Origin: Nitrospinaceae bacterium
GTDB lineage: Bacteria > Nitrospinota > Nitrospinia > Nitrospinales > Nitrospinaceae
Direction of reading: 5' to 3'
Assembly: GCA_965237905.1 (NCBI GenBank)
Contig: OZ250172.1
Location: 1,344,001 to 1,408,000 of the forward strand
Length of the DNA stretch: 64,000 nt
Shown here: one piece after another, positions 38,199 through 48,715 of the stretch
How the letters are laid out: each line of letters starts with the position of its first letter
Position numbering within the stretch: position 1 is the first letter of the stretch
Program-made: the position numbers and the translations under genes
The notes under the pieces: generated by a model
Told to the model about the DNA's origin: nothing
Database searches by the model: none
What the model saw: the letters and a program-made list of their open reading frames with translations, nothing else

Positions 38199-38452
38199 AG
38201 AACCCCCTTCTCGAACAATGACATCTCCTGAAATCTATGCCATTATATCCCGCTCACTGTTTCAATACGAAGAATAACTGAAGGTCGTTTTCAGGTCTTA
38301 TAATATAGAGGAGTATTATTCTATTTAATTCCATTAAATGCTTTCCTGGGAGAATGGCGTATATCCGTCATTGTTTGATATAATCTTCAAGTACCCGAAT
38401 AGGAGGCCTGTCCATTCTACAACCAACCTTTACTGAGGCGGAACTGCATTCC

Positions 38453-38674
38453 ATGAGAAAAGACAGTTACCACATTGAAATGGATAACCTCTCACGCTTT
38501 CCCATTGAACGGTCCGGTGACTGCGAAAATTGGGAAAACGTGTCGCACGAAGAGCTGGACGCTCTTCTGGACAAGATTGACGAAGCAAAGGCGAAGAATT
38601 TTCTCGCCGTTGTACGAGGCGGAAGTTTTTCCAGGCTCGAAGATTACTATTATCGCATCCGTCCCCGATCCTGA
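38453..38674 (+). CDS. Small hypothetical protein
   Basis: 73-aa ORF with GAGG RBS, directly upstream of trmL. Confidence 0.65.
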   Translation: MRKDSYHIEMDNLSRFPIERSGDCENWENVSHEELDALLDKIDEAKAKNFLAVVRGGSFSRLEDYYYRIRPRS

Positions 38675-38687
38675 CCCGGCCCGCCCT

Positions 38688-39152
38688 ATGCCCCACAAAC
38701 TCCAAGTCGTTTTGATCGAACCGGAAATCCCCAACAATACCGGGTCCATTGGCCGCTTATGCCTTGCCACCCAAACCACCCTGCACCTGGTAGACCCCCT
38801 GGGTTTTGAAATCAACGACACCCAATTGAAACGCGCCGGGCTGGATTACTGGCAGTATCTGGATGTAGTCCGGCACCCGAGCCTCGACGCTTTTTTCGCA
38901 TCCCTTCCCAAAGAGGCTCCTCTGGTTTTCTTTTCCAAAAAGGCAAAACCTCTGTACAGCGAACACCACTATCAACCGGGAAGTTATTTGATTTTCGGAA
39001 AGGAGACCAAGGGTCTTTCTGAAGAACTGATTAACCAATATTCCGGCCAGGCGTTTCGCATTCCTTTATACGACTCGCGGGTGCGATCACTCAATCTGTC
39101 CAATGCGGTTTCCGTCGTTGTCTATGAGGCGATTCGACAACTGGGCTCCTAA
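38688..39152 (+). CDS. trmL: tRNA (cytidine(34)-2'-O)-methyltransferase
   Basis: EPEIPNNTGSIGRLC, LKRAGLDYW, FGKETKGL, RSLNLSNAV. Confidence 0.93.
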   Translation: MPHKLQVVLIEPEIPNNTGSIGRLCLATQTTLHLVDPLGFEINDTQLKRAGLDYWQYLDVVRHPSLDAFFASLPKEAPLVFFSKKAKPLYSEHHYQPGSYLIFGKETKGLSEELINQYSGQAFRIPLYDSRVRSLNLSNAVSVVVYEAIRQLGS

Positions 39153-39412
39153 AAAACTCCTACCCCCAAACTACCCCACATTTATTTCCTTGAAAGTTGA
39201 GTCCGCAAAACCGAATTAAAAATTCTTAATTCGGGATTAACGAGGGCTTAATCTCTCCCCCCTATATTAGTAACAAATAGCATTGAGCTATTAAGTCACT
39301 GAAAAAGACCTAAAGCGAATTGAACTGGAAAGAATAAACCCGTTGCTACAGAGAGGAGTCCGTTATGATCTCCCTAAAAGTAAATAAAAATAGAGGGTTC
39401 GAAATAAAAGCA

Positions 39413-39853
39413 ATGACTTTATTTATGGTACTGGCGCTGGCAGGTTTTAGTTTCTCCAATCCGGCCTGGGCCGGTGGTGGAGACAAAGGTCCTTGTCCGC
39501 AACCCAGAAAAACCAAATCCGCGCCGGCCAATTTGGTCAAAGCCAGTATTCCGGCCAGTGCGAGTGTGGAAGCGGGCAAGGAAATTTTTGAGAAAAGCGC
39601 GAAGCCTATGGCCTGCAAAATGTGTCATGGCAGTGAAGGCAAGGGTAACGGACAGTTGGGCAAAATCATGAATCCGCGGCCCCGGAACTTTACCTGTTCC
39701 AAAACCATGAAACACGTTTCTCCCGGCCAGATGTTCTGGATCGTCAAAAACGGATCCAAGGGAACCGGAATGGTGGCGCATGGGAAAAAGCTGAACGACA
39801 AGCAAATCTGGGATGTTGTGAAATATATCAATACCCAGTTTGTTAAACGGTAA
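39413..39853 (+). CDS. Monoheme cytochrome c
   Basis: Signal peptide, CKMCH, PRPRNFT, GSKGTGM axial Met, IWDVVKYI. Confidence 0.9.
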   Translation: MTLFMVLALAGFSFSNPAWAGGGDKGPCPQPRKTKSAPANLVKASIPASASVEAGKEIFEKSAKPMACKMCHGSEGKGNGQLGKIMNPRPRNFTCSKTMKHVSPGQMFWIVKNGSKGTGMVAHGKKLNDKQIWDVVKYINTQFVKR

Positions 39854-39892
39854 ATGAGAACTGTTTCTCTCTTTTTAGAGGAGGTATGAGCC

Positions 39893-40702
39893 ATGAAAGC
39901 AACACTCAAAGTAGCAGGACTCATGATCTGCCTGACCCTGTGGGTCGCACAAGAGGGTTTGGCAAAAACGAAAACGTATCAGGCGGGGACCGTAACCAAC
40001 GGCGGTAGCCTTTCCGGTTCTGTTTTGTTCAAAGGCAAGGTTCCCGCACCGATTCAAGAGGATTTGAATAAGGGTAAAAATGCGGAATTCTGCGCTACAC
40101 ATCCAGACACAAAAGAGGGAAACATTCGCCCTCGCCATAAAGTGGTCGTTACGGACGGCAAATTGAAAGACACTGTCGTGTTTATTGAGAACATTGAGCA
40201 AGGGAAAGATTGGTCTTCTCAGGCCACCAAGTTCGATTTTAAGAACTGCGACATTTTTCCCAAGGTCACGGTCGTACGGAAAGCCCCCAAGAAAATGAAG
40301 ACCGGTCTGGTTCAAATCACCAACCACGATCCGGATATTCTTCATAATCCACACGGATATTCCAAGGTTGGGGCCAGCGCCAAAACCTTGTTCAACAAAC
40401 CGCTTCCCAACAAAGGCGACGTGGCCGACGTCACCAAAAATATGAAGCGGTTTAAAATGAAAAAAGACAAGCACTTCTTCCTGCAGTGCGATCAGCATAA
40501 TTTTATGGAAGCGGATGCGCGTATCATTTGGAACCCTTACTATGCCATCACGGCGAAAGAGGGATCATTTCAAATCGATCAAATTCCTGCCGGGACCTAC
40601 CGGATCACGGCATGGCATCCTTATGTCGGTGAAGTCTCTCAGGAAGTGACCATTGAGGCTGGCCAGAAAGCGCAGTTGGAATTTCAACTGACCGGCAAAT
40701 AA
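39893..40702 (+). CDS. Exported carboxypeptidase-regulatory-like domain protein with a cupredoxin-like motif
   Basis: Signal peptide, GSLSGSV, LHNPH, CDQHNFM, GSFQIDQIPAGTYRITAWHP. Confidence 0.8.
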   Translation: MKATLKVAGLMICLTLWVAQEGLAKTKTYQAGTVTNGGSLSGSVLFKGKVPAPIQEDLNKGKNAEFCATHPDTKEGNIRPRHKVVVTDGKLKDTVVFIENIEQGKDWSSQATKFDFKNCDIFPKVTVVRKAPKKMKTGLVQITNHDPDILHNPHGYSKVGASAKTLFNKPLPNKGDVADVTKNMKRFKMKKDKHFFLQCDQHNFMEADARIIWNPYYAITAKEGSFQIDQIPAGTYRITAWHPYVGEVSQEVTIEAGQKAQLEFQLTGK

Positions 40703-40729
40703 CAACTCTTTTCATCTTCAATGCGCCAC

Positions 40730-40769
40730 GGCGGTACCGGACACTCTCCGGTACCGTTTTTTATTTTTG
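40730..40769 (+). terminator. Rho-independent terminator
   Basis: cggtaccgga...tccggtaccg followed by a T-run. Confidence 0.75.
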
Positions 40770-40879
40770 AAGTCCGCTCTCCTTTCCCGTTGTTCACAGG
40801 TTGAATCCATTAGCTATTGATAGTATAAACAGGGCTCCAGGGCCGGACAGGCCTCACCGTGACCTCGGGGAGCAGGCAA

Positions 40880-42478
40880 ATGGTATTCTCATGGATTAGA
40901 ATTGCATTGGGTTTCGCTTCCGTACTGCTTTTGTTTGCCTGCAACTCTTCGGACACCACCAGCACTCCCCCTTCCAGAATCGAAGAACAAAAACAAATCG
41001 AAAAGTTTGTCGAAGCGGCTCGCAAAGGTCAGTCGCACACTGTCATTTTAATGCTCGATAACGGACTGATGAATCGTCAGGCCGCCCTGGATAAGGGACT
41101 GATGGCCGCACTGGAGGGGGAGCACACCGATCTGGCCGCGTTTCTCCTTAACCGGGGAGCCGATCCAAAAGCGAAAAACGGTGGATCATTCACCGCTTTA
41201 ATGGAAACGGCTTTGCTAGGCGATTTCCATCTTGTTCGTCAATTGATGGAATTGGGAGCCGACCCGCACGCCGTCGACAATGAAGGCCGGACCGCACTGA
41301 TGAGCGCCGTTACCGGCGGCAATCTGGAAGCGGTGGATTTGATCCTTAACCGGAAACCCAAAGTCAACGTGCAAGATAAGACAGGCTTCACCGCCTTGAT
41401 GTGGGCCGCAACCGGCAACCACCCCGAAATCGTCGAACGCTTAATCGAACACAGTGCCAACGTCAATCTGCGCGACCGTAACGGCTACTCAGCGCTCTGG
41501 CTGGCAACCCTCCGGGAAAATCTCAATACCGTCCGTATTCTGGTGGATAAAGGTGCCAAAATTAATCTGATTAATAAAGACGGATTTTGCCTGCTGATCG
41601 ATGCCGTCGCGGGAAGTAGCTCGGAAATCTCTCAGCTGTTGCTCGACGCAAAAGCCAATATCAATATCAAAGATCGGCAAGGACGCACTGCATTGATCGA
41701 AGCCCTTCATCGAGGCACTCCCGAAACTATCCGGCTTCTTATCAAACGAGATGCCGATGTCCAGCATAAAGACGGACAGAGAAATACCGCGTTGATGGCG
41801 GCCGTCGCCCGCGGCGACCTCGAAATCCTTAAATCCCTGCTGAAGTTGAAACCCGATCTGGATGTCAAAAACCGAATCGGCCGAACCGCATTGAACGATG
41901 CCGCCTGGCTGGAGAATCTTCCCATGGTGCGCCTCCTTTTAAAAAAAGGCGCTGACCCCAATATCCTGGACCGGCAAGGGGTCAGTCCACTCAGCAGTGC
42001 CGCAGGCAAGGGAAATATGGAAATGGTCAAATTGCTTCTCAGGTGGGGTGCCAAAATTAAGGGAGAAGAAGGCCAAAGGTTTAACGCGCTCAACAGCGCC
42101 GCCTTCGGCGGGAACATAAAGATCGTCAAATTGTTTTTGAGGAAGGGAGGCGATGTCAATGCGCCGGATGCGCATGGGATGACTCCGCTGATCAGCGCCG
42201 CCTTCGGCAACAATATTGAAATCGTGCAATTACTGCTCGACAAAGGAGCGGATATCAACGCCCGCACCCGAAGAAGATGGACCGCACTGATGAGTGCGGC
42301 GTTCGAGGGTAACCTGAAAATCGTGGAATTATTGATTGATCAAGGAGCGGACCGACACGTGAAAACCCGTGACGGATGGACCGCCTACAAAAGTGCGGAG
42401 ATGGGGGGCCACACCCGTATCGCCCGGCTCCTCACGCCCGATGTCGAATCTCTCCAGAAAGAAGAAGCGCCTCAATAA
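40880..42478 (+). CDS. Ankyrin-repeat lipoprotein
   Basis: LFAC lipobox, then a long run of G.TALM.A..G...V..LL..GA.VN repeats. Confidence 0.92.
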   Translation: MVFSWIRIALGFASVLLLFACNSSDTTSTPPSRIEEQKQIEKFVEAARKGQSHTVILMLDNGLMNRQAALDKGLMAALEGEHTDLAAFLLNRGADPKAKNGGSFTALMETALLGDFHLVRQLMELGADPHAVDNEGRTALMSAVTGGNLEAVDLILNRKPKVNVQDKTGFTALMWAATGNHPEIVERLIEHSANVNLRDRNGYSALWLATLRENLNTVRILVDKGAKINLINKDGFCLLIDAVAGSSSEISQLLLDAKANINIKDRQGRTALIEALHRGTPETIRLLIKRDADVQHKDGQRNTALMAAVARGDLEILKSLLKLKPDLDVKNRIGRTALNDAAWLENLPMVRLLLKKGADPNILDRQGVSPLSSAAGKGNMEMVKLLLRWGAKIKGEEGQRFNALNSAAFGGNIKIVKLFLRKGGDVNAPDAHGMTPLISAAFGNNIEIVQLLLDKGADINARTRRRWTALMSAAFEGNLKIVELLIDQGADRHVKTRDGWTAYKSAEMGGHTRIARLLTPDVESLQKEEAPQ

Positions 42479-43320
42479 GTTCTTTCAAACCGCAGGTTCC
42501 GTGACGGATCGGGATTATAAACATATTCCAGCATCAACGCCCAGTTGCCTTTTTCATAATCGCGTTCGCCCCCCTCGGTTCCATAGGCACGAGGATTAAA
42601 AAGAAACTTGGCATGGTGCTGTCCGTCACGATTTCTCACGAAAATCACCCCGGCCGATTTCTGATTAAAATCCATGCGAGCAGAATTGGCGTAACCGGTA
42701 GCCGGTGCTTGATCGGTGTATACCAGATGATCAAACCGGACCCCTAACATCTCTTCTGAAACGAAATGGAGCCCACCTCCACCTGTCGCGGTGAGACCGA
42801 TGTTTTTCCTGTCAAAGCTGGAGTTAAATTGCGGAAACACGTCCGCCTCATCGGGATTGAACGTGATGCGTTTCTCGGAGAATATCCAGCCGAAGGGTTT
42901 AAATCCCTGAATGCCCAGTTTAAGTATTCCAAACTGAGGCCGCACATAATCCGGAGCCTTGCTTTTAATCTGAAGAACAACCGTGCTGTCGGGTTCGAAC
43001 CAACCCCTAAACCTGACATAGCCCTCCCTTTCGGTCTTCAGTTTCGCACTGGTCCCGACATCATACACCACTCGGAAATTTCCCTGGGAATCGGATACCG
43101 ATTCGAATGTATACATATGATCCCAGGTAACGCCACCGGTGAAATTCCACCCCGATTGCTGGAGAATCACCCGCACCCCAGCCACCGGCTGGCGCGTTTC
43201 GTAGTCGATCACCTGTCCTTCAATAAATTGTTCGCCGGAACATCCGGAGCCCGCCAAGCCCAACCCAAGCAGGAGAAGAATTATCAGGAACTTGTGGAAA
43301 TGAGTATCGCAGGATGTCAT
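42472..43320 (-). CDS. Putative lipoprotein with carboxypeptidase-like regulatory domain
   Basis: Hydrophobic signal with GSGC, IEGQVID.ETRQPVAGVRV, SDSQGNF. Confidence 0.7.
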   Translation of the reverse strand: MTSCDTHFHKFLIILLLLGLGLAGSGCSGEQFIEGQVIDYETRQPVAGVRVILQQSGWNFTGGVTWDHMYTFESVSDSQGNFRVVYDVGTSAKLKTEREGYVRFRGWFEPDSTVVLQIKSKAPDYVRPQFGILKLGIQGFKPFGWIFSEKRITFNPDEADVFPQFNSSFDRKNIGLTATGGGGLHFVSEEMLGVRFDHLVYTDQAPATGYANSARMDFNQKSAGVIFVRNRDGQHHAKFLFNPRAYGTEGGERDYEKGNWALMLEYVYNPDPSRNLRFERTY

Positions 43321-43344
43321 GGCACCCTTCCATCCGGAGAATTA

Positions 43345-44094
43345 TTATTGGGAGGCGTCTTTGGCACAACGAAAACCGAAGTTAGAGTTGCGCACATAGG
43401 GGTCCGACCAATAACGGGTGGCGGGGGTCAGGTGTCGTGCGCCGGAGTACCAGGAGCCGCCGCGCAATCCTTTTTCCTCCCCTGTCTCGGGGCCTTTCGG
43501 ATTTTTCGCAGGGCTTCGTTCATAATACTTTTTTTCATACCAATCCGCCACCCACTCCCAGACATTGCCTGAAGTATCGTACACTCCGTAAGCATTGGGC
43601 TGGCGGTTTCCTACCGGATGAGTCTGGTCTTCCGAGTTGTCATCGAACCAGGCATATTCCGGATTCATGTCTTCGCCCCAGAAGTACAAAGAAGGTGTTC
43701 CGCCACGCGCGGCTTTTCCCCATTCGGCTTCGGTGGGCAGGCGCTTGCCGGCCTTCGCGCAATAGCCCCGTGCCTCGTACCAAGTGACCTGCTCGACGGG
43801 ATGATTCTCTCCTGTGAATTTTGAGGGATTGGCCCCCCGGAGGCGCTCATAATCTTTTTGAACCACCTCAAATTGATCCATGAAAAACCCATCCAGATAG
43901 ACTTTGTGCGGGGTTTTGTTGCTCGCCCCTTCCAAACCCATGACAAATTCCCCCGGCGGTATCCACACCATGCCTTCAGGAGGTTGCGGAGCCGCTTCGG
44001 TTAAAGTGGGAGCCCACAACAGGAATGACACCAACAGCATTGCCAACACCAACGATTTTTGATGGAAAAATTTATTTTTCATACGCGGATTCAA
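43345..44094 (-). CDS. FGE-sulfatase (formylglycine-generating enzyme family) protein
   Basis: MVWIPPGEFVMG, RLPTEAEWGKAARG, NAYGVYDTSGNVWEW, GFRCAK. Confidence 0.92.
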   Translation of the reverse strand: MNPRMKNKFFHQKSLVLAMLLVSFLLWAPTLTEAAPQPPEGMVWIPPGEFVMGLEGASNKTPHKVYLDGFFMDQFEVVQKDYERLRGANPSKFTGENHPVEQVTWYEARGYCAKAGKRLPTEAEWGKAARGGTPSLYFWGEDMNPEYAWFDDNSEDQTHPVGNRQPNAYGVYDTSGNVWEWVADWYEKKYYERSPAKNPKGPETGEEKGLRGGSWYSGARHLTPATRYWSDPYVRNSNFGFRCAKDASQ

Positions 44095-44240
44095 ATCGTG
44101 CTCCTCTTTATCATTTTAAAATATTTGATTGCCCACACACCCGAACTATTCCCTCAACAAGCCAAACAGTATATTATCATACGAACCTCGGGTTCCGGAA
44201 AAACCTCAAGAACCGCTAACCGAAGGAGCAAGGCGCTCAA

Positions 44241-44615
44241 ATGTCATTTTGGAATTGGCTTGGATCAGGCAAACTCAAGGAGTGCGAAGAGAAAGCACGA
44301 CGCGAACCGGAGAATCCCCAATCTCACTTTGAGCTGGGAACGGAATACGAGCGGCAGGGTCAATATCCCCCGGCCATTGAAGCGTTTCAACAAACACTGA
44401 AACTGAGTCCCCGATCTGCTGAAACCCATTTCAACCTGGGGGTGCTCTACGAAACTACCCAAAACGGTCGGCAGGCCATTTCCCATATGGTGCAAGCGGG
44501 CAATCTGTTCTCCGAGCGCAACGATATGGAAAATAAAGACAAGGCCCGCAAGAAACTGAAAGCGTATTACGAGCAATTCGATTTCCAGCCCGGCGACAAC
44601 CCACCCTCTGTTTGA
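44241..44615 (+). CDS. TPR protein
   Basis: SHFELG..Y...GQY..AIEAF and THFNLGVLY repeats. Confidence 0.85.
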   Translation: MSFWNWLGSGKLKECEEKARREPENPQSHFELGTEYERQGQYPPAIEAFQQTLKLSPRSAETHFNLGVLYETTQNGRQAISHMVQAGNLFSERNDMENKDKARKKLKAYYEQFDFQPGDNPPSV

Positions 44616-44733
44616 AACCCACCTCTTTTCAACCTTTTTTTACCTTCCTCTGAATCCAATTGCCTCCTCAAAAAACTGTGTTACTCTGGAAACTACCCTG
44701 CTAAACAGCTATTATCACTTTAAGGCCTGATTT

Positions 44734-46269
44734 ATGAAAGTCTGTCTGATAGAACCGCCCAAATTCGTTTCGCTGACCAATTTCGTATCCACGATCAGCA
44801 TGCCGCCGCTCGGCCTGGCCTATATCGCCGCCGCAGTGCGCGAAGCGGGACACGAGGTAACGTTGGTCGACGGACCCGGTTCGGCTCCCCGGAATTTTTT
44901 TCAATTCAAGGATGTTCGGGTACGAGGTTTAACCAAGGAAGACCTTATCGAGCGCATTCCAAAAGACTCCGAAGTCATCGCTCTGGGATGCATGTTCACA
45001 TCCAACTGGGTCTATGTCCGGGAAATCGTGAAGGATATTCGCGCCCGATTTCCGAACGCCAAATTGATCATGGGCGGTGAGCACGTTACCGGTTTTCCCG
45101 AGCTGTCCCTCGAACAAGCGCCCTTGGACGCTGTAGTCCTGGGCGAAGGCGAAGAAATTGTCGTTCACCTACTCGAACATTTTGAAAAGAAGGCCCCGCT
45201 GGAGGAGCTGGAGGGAGTGGCCTTCCGTTCCTCTGATGGAAGCATTCAGGTGAAACCCCGGTACCGGCGCATCAAGGATATCGATTCCATCTCTTGGCCG
45301 GCGTGGGATTTGTTCGACATCCAACAATATAATGAAGTCAATCAACCGCACGGCGCGTCGCAGGGACGCTTCATGCCGATGCTGGCGACACGCGGGTGCC
45401 CGTTTCAGTGCACGTTCTGCACCAGTCCCAACATGTGGACCACTGAATGGATCGCGCGCGACTACAAAAACGTGGTCGACGAGATGCAAAATTACCAGAA
45501 AATATATGGGACCAGCGATTTTCAATTCGAAGACCTCACCGCCATCGTCCGCAAGGATTGGATCGTCGACTTCTGCGACGAAGTTGTCCGGCGTGGTATG
45601 AAAGTTACCTTTCAGATGCCGTCGGGAACGCGCAGTGAATCGATCGATGCTGAAGTCGCGCAGAAACTTAAAGCCGCAGGATGCCACGAGTTCGCGTTTG
45701 CTCCGGAGTCCGGCGATCCTGAAATATTGAAGGCCATCAAAAAGAAAGTCAAACTTCCTGCCATGTACGAGGCCGCCCGCAATGCCATGGATGCGGGGAT
45801 CAACGTTGGTTGCTTTTTTATCATCGGCTTTCCGGAAGATACCTACCGGAGCGTCCTGAAAACTTATGCCGCCATGGTCAAATGCGCGTTGAAAGGCTTC
45901 ACCAACGTCAATCTCAATGCCTACTCACCGCAACCCAACACCGAATCGTTCCAGGAACTGCAGGCCAACGGCGTCATTACAGAATTGGACGACGAATACC
46001 TGATGAGCCTGTTCACCTTTCAGGATTTCGGCGCTAAGAAAACTTCGTACAATCCGAAGTTCGGCGACCACGAATTATCTTTTCTGGTGATCTTCGGGCA
46101 AGGATTGTTCTACGTATTTTATTTCCTGCGAAAACCACGCAGAATTTTCGAGTTGATGATCGATCTGGTTTCCAATTCGGCACGCAACAAGAGCAACAAA
46201 ATGGCCAAGTCCGCCCTCAAAGATGCGTTTACTGTTGTCAAATCCAGACTGGTCGGCGTTTTTAAATAA
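44734..46269 (+). CDS. B12-binding domain radical SAM protein
   Basis: PPLGLAYIAA, MGGEHVT, GEGE, TRGCPFQCTFC. Confidence 0.93.
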   Translation: MKVCLIEPPKFVSLTNFVSTISMPPLGLAYIAAAVREAGHEVTLVDGPGSAPRNFFQFKDVRVRGLTKEDLIERIPKDSEVIALGCMFTSNWVYVREIVKDIRARFPNAKLIMGGEHVTGFPELSLEQAPLDAVVLGEGEEIVVHLLEHFEKKAPLEELEGVAFRSSDGSIQVKPRYRRIKDIDSISWPAWDLFDIQQYNEVNQPHGASQGRFMPMLATRGCPFQCTFCTSPNMWTTEWIARDYKNVVDEMQNYQKIYGTSDFQFEDLTAIVRKDWIVDFCDEVVRRGMKVTFQMPSGTRSESIDAEVAQKLKAAGCHEFAFAPESGDPEILKAIKKKVKLPAMYEAARNAMDAGINVGCFFIIGFPEDTYRSVLKTYAAMVKCALKGFTNVNLNAYSPQPNTESFQELQANGVITELDDEYLMSLFTFQDFGAKKTSYNPKFGDHELSFLVIFGQGLFYVFYFLRKPRRIFELMIDLVSNSARNKSNKMAKSALKDAFTVVKSRLVGVFK

Positions 46270-46296
46270 GGCAGTTCTGAGGAAGGAAATCGGGGC

Positions 46297-47019
46297 TCAT
46301 TTTTCTACAACAAGAAAAGATTGTTTGCCCATGACCCTCCAAACCAAAGGCACCTTCAGATAAAGCCAAACCAAAAACGGGTGTTGAGGAATTTTACTTT
46401 TGGTGGTAAATGGAAGGAATTTTGAAATGACGCGCTTAATTTTAAATCCCTTGATGAGGAGTCCTTCGATGAGACTTTTCTCCGTCAATGCAATATGATG
46501 ATCAAAGAAATCCCAGTATTCAAAACCCACATGGCGGATGTTGGGCTGAAGGATCAAGAATAAACCGCCCTTTTTTAAAACCCGGTGAACCTCGTTAAAC
46601 GTTTGCAGGGCCTCCTCCTTGGTTCTCAAATGTTCCAGAAAGTTGCTGGTGAACACAACATCTATTGATTCATCAGCCAGAAAGGACAGATTGGTAGAAC
46701 TGGCCTGCTGAACTGTGACATTGGTGTGAGCAAGCGAAGGCGTGTCGTCGTTGAGGTCGACGGCTAATTTTTCCCGGCATTGGATGTTGTTGATGAAATC
46801 ACAATACCCGGCGCCCAAATCCAAAACGGTGTCATTGGGAGAAACATACTCTTGGAAAAAGTGCTTACACAAAACCTCCCATATCCGGGCTTTACACTCG
46901 GCCTCTTTTTTACTAAACCGGCCCTGATATAACAAATCCAGGTTTTTATGGAGTTTTTTCTTTCCTCCAGACCCGGGGAATTTTTCTTGAGGGTTTAATT
47001 CTATGTCAGGCTTGTCCAT
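46297..47019 (-). CDS. Class I SAM-dependent methyltransferase
   Basis: VLDLGAGYCDF, SNFLEHL, HRVLKKGG, YWDFFDH. Confidence 0.9.
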   Translation of the reverse strand: MDKPDIELNPQEKFPGSGGKKKLHKNLDLLYQGRFSKKEAECKARIWEVLCKHFFQEYVSPNDTVLDLGAGYCDFINNIQCREKLAVDLNDDTPSLAHTNVTVQQASSTNLSFLADESIDVVFTSNFLEHLRTKEEALQTFNEVHRVLKKGGLFLILQPNIRHVGFEYWDFFDHHIALTEKSLIEGLLIKGFKIKRVISKFLPFTTKSKIPQHPFLVWLYLKVPLVWRVMGKQSFLVVEK

Positions 47020-47052
47020 GAATTTTTCTTATCAAAACTTTAAGGGCGGGAT

Positions 47053-48585
47053 ATGATTTTGACTGATGTTTTGGCTGAAAGAGAACGATCGCGACTGGCC
47101 TACTGGGACAAAGTCGATTACTTTCTTTCCCTTCGGCTCAACTGGCGAGCCCAGATGGCACGAAACATGTTTCATCTTCTTCCTGGGGAATCCCTCTTGG
47201 AACTGGAATGCGGCGACGCTCGCTGGGCACAGAAAATTTCCGAGGTCAATCATCATACCAATCCGATCTGTGCCGCCACGTTCGACCCCGAATGCCACGA
47301 GAAACTCAAGCATCAGGATCTTCCTGCAAACATAGAACCGGTTCTACTGGATTCTCTTCCCGGCGCATTAGAAAATAGGAAATTTGATTATGTGGTGGCC
47401 TGGCACATGCTCCCAAACGAAAACTATAGTCAGTTTCTTCTGAATGTCAAACACTTCTTGAAACCGGGAGGAAAATTCCTGCTTTTTGAACCCAACCCCT
47501 GGAATCCATATCATCAATTACGAAAAATTATTTCTAAATTATTGTTTTTCAAAAAAGCCAAAGGCAAGCGGGCCGCATTCAACCGAATTCAGATGATGTC
47601 CATTCTCTCAGATATCGGTTTTACCGGAGTTAAGATTCTTCCGTACGACTTCTTGTTTCCACCGGTTCCAAAATTCATGTTGTGGCCCATGCAAAACCTG
47701 AGTTTGATTCTGGAAAATACTCCCTATTTGAGAAACTTCTCAGGAGATTTGTATCTGCATGGACAAAAACCTGCGCCTGATGAGTGGTCCCGCCCAATGG
47801 TCAACCTGGCACATCATGATAGTTTGAAGCAACGGGTTTCTGTCGTCGTCCCCTGCCACAACGAGGAAGCCAATATCCTGCCGCTGGTTCAAAGTCTGAG
47901 GGGATACTATGACGATTACCTTCACGAAATCGTTCTAGTTGATGACAACAGCCGTGACCGGACGGCGGAAGTGGCGGAGCATCTTGGACAGGAAGATCCC
48001 CGGATCAAACTGGTGCGGCGCAGTATGCCCAATGGCGTAGGCCGGGCACTGCGCGACGGCCTGGCCGCCGCCAGCGGCGATTATATTCTGCTCATGGATT
48101 GCGATTTCCAGCACATCCTGCCGGAGTTGACAGGTCTGTTCGAGGCCGCCGATCAAGGGGCGGACGTGGCCATCGGGAGTCGCTTCTCGCGCGACAGCGT
48201 TCTTTTAAATTATCCGTTTACCAAAATTATAGCCAACCGGGTCTTTCATATATTCGCGCGGATCCTGTTTCGGAAATATCTGCGTGATCTGACCAACAAC
48301 CTCAAACTGATGAAACAGGAGGTAGCCCGCAACCTTCACCTGGAATCGGATGATTTTGCGGCCAATGCTGAAACCGGTCTGCAACCGCTTTTATTGGGAT
48401 ATAAGGTCGTGGAAGTACCGATCTCTTGGATCAACCGCTCCATAGACATGGGCTTTTCCAGTTTCAACCTGGGTCATACCGGCCCCAATTATCTGAAGGT
48501 TCTTTTCCGTTTATTCGTAAGGCGATTTTTTGGAAAAGATATGGTGTTGCAATCCACCAAACAACCCAAGCCCGATACCCCCTGA
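47053..48585 (+). CDS. Bifunctional SAM-methyltransferase-like / GT2 glycosyltransferase
   Basis: LLELECGDA and LKPGG..LLFEPN, then SVVVPCHNEE, VDDNSRD, MDCDFQH, GSRF. Confidence 0.88.
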   Translation: MILTDVLAERERSRLAYWDKVDYFLSLRLNWRAQMARNMFHLLPGESLLELECGDARWAQKISEVNHHTNPICAATFDPECHEKLKHQDLPANIEPVLLDSLPGALENRKFDYVVAWHMLPNENYSQFLLNVKHFLKPGGKFLLFEPNPWNPYHQLRKIISKLLFFKKAKGKRAAFNRIQMMSILSDIGFTGVKILPYDFLFPPVPKFMLWPMQNLSLILENTPYLRNFSGDLYLHGQKPAPDEWSRPMVNLAHHDSLKQRVSVVVPCHNEEANILPLVQSLRGYYDDYLHEIVLVDDNSRDRTAEVAEHLGQEDPRIKLVRRSMPNGVGRALRDGLAAASGDYILLMDCDFQHILPELTGLFEAADQGADVAIGSRFSRDSVLLNYPFTKIIANRVFHIFARILFRKYLRDLTNNLKLMKQEVARNLHLESDDFAANAETGLQPLLLGYKVVEVPISWINRSIDMGFSSFNLGHTGPNYLKVLFRLFVRRFFGKDMVLQSTKQPKPDTP

Positions 48586-48715
48586 CGTTTCAAGAACATC
48601 CCTGAGCAAAAACTACCTCTAAAAATATCTATAACCCGCTTTTATCCAATATTTTGTGGCGCAATCCGAAAGAATTCGTTATATTAAAGGAATCCAATAG
48701 ATAGGAAAGAAATCC

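Noticed and set aside
27378..38200. Genomic island integrated at tRNA-Arg
   Set aside because: No integrase seen, no duplicated tRNA-Arg 3' end noticed, and the terminator follows the tRNA directly.
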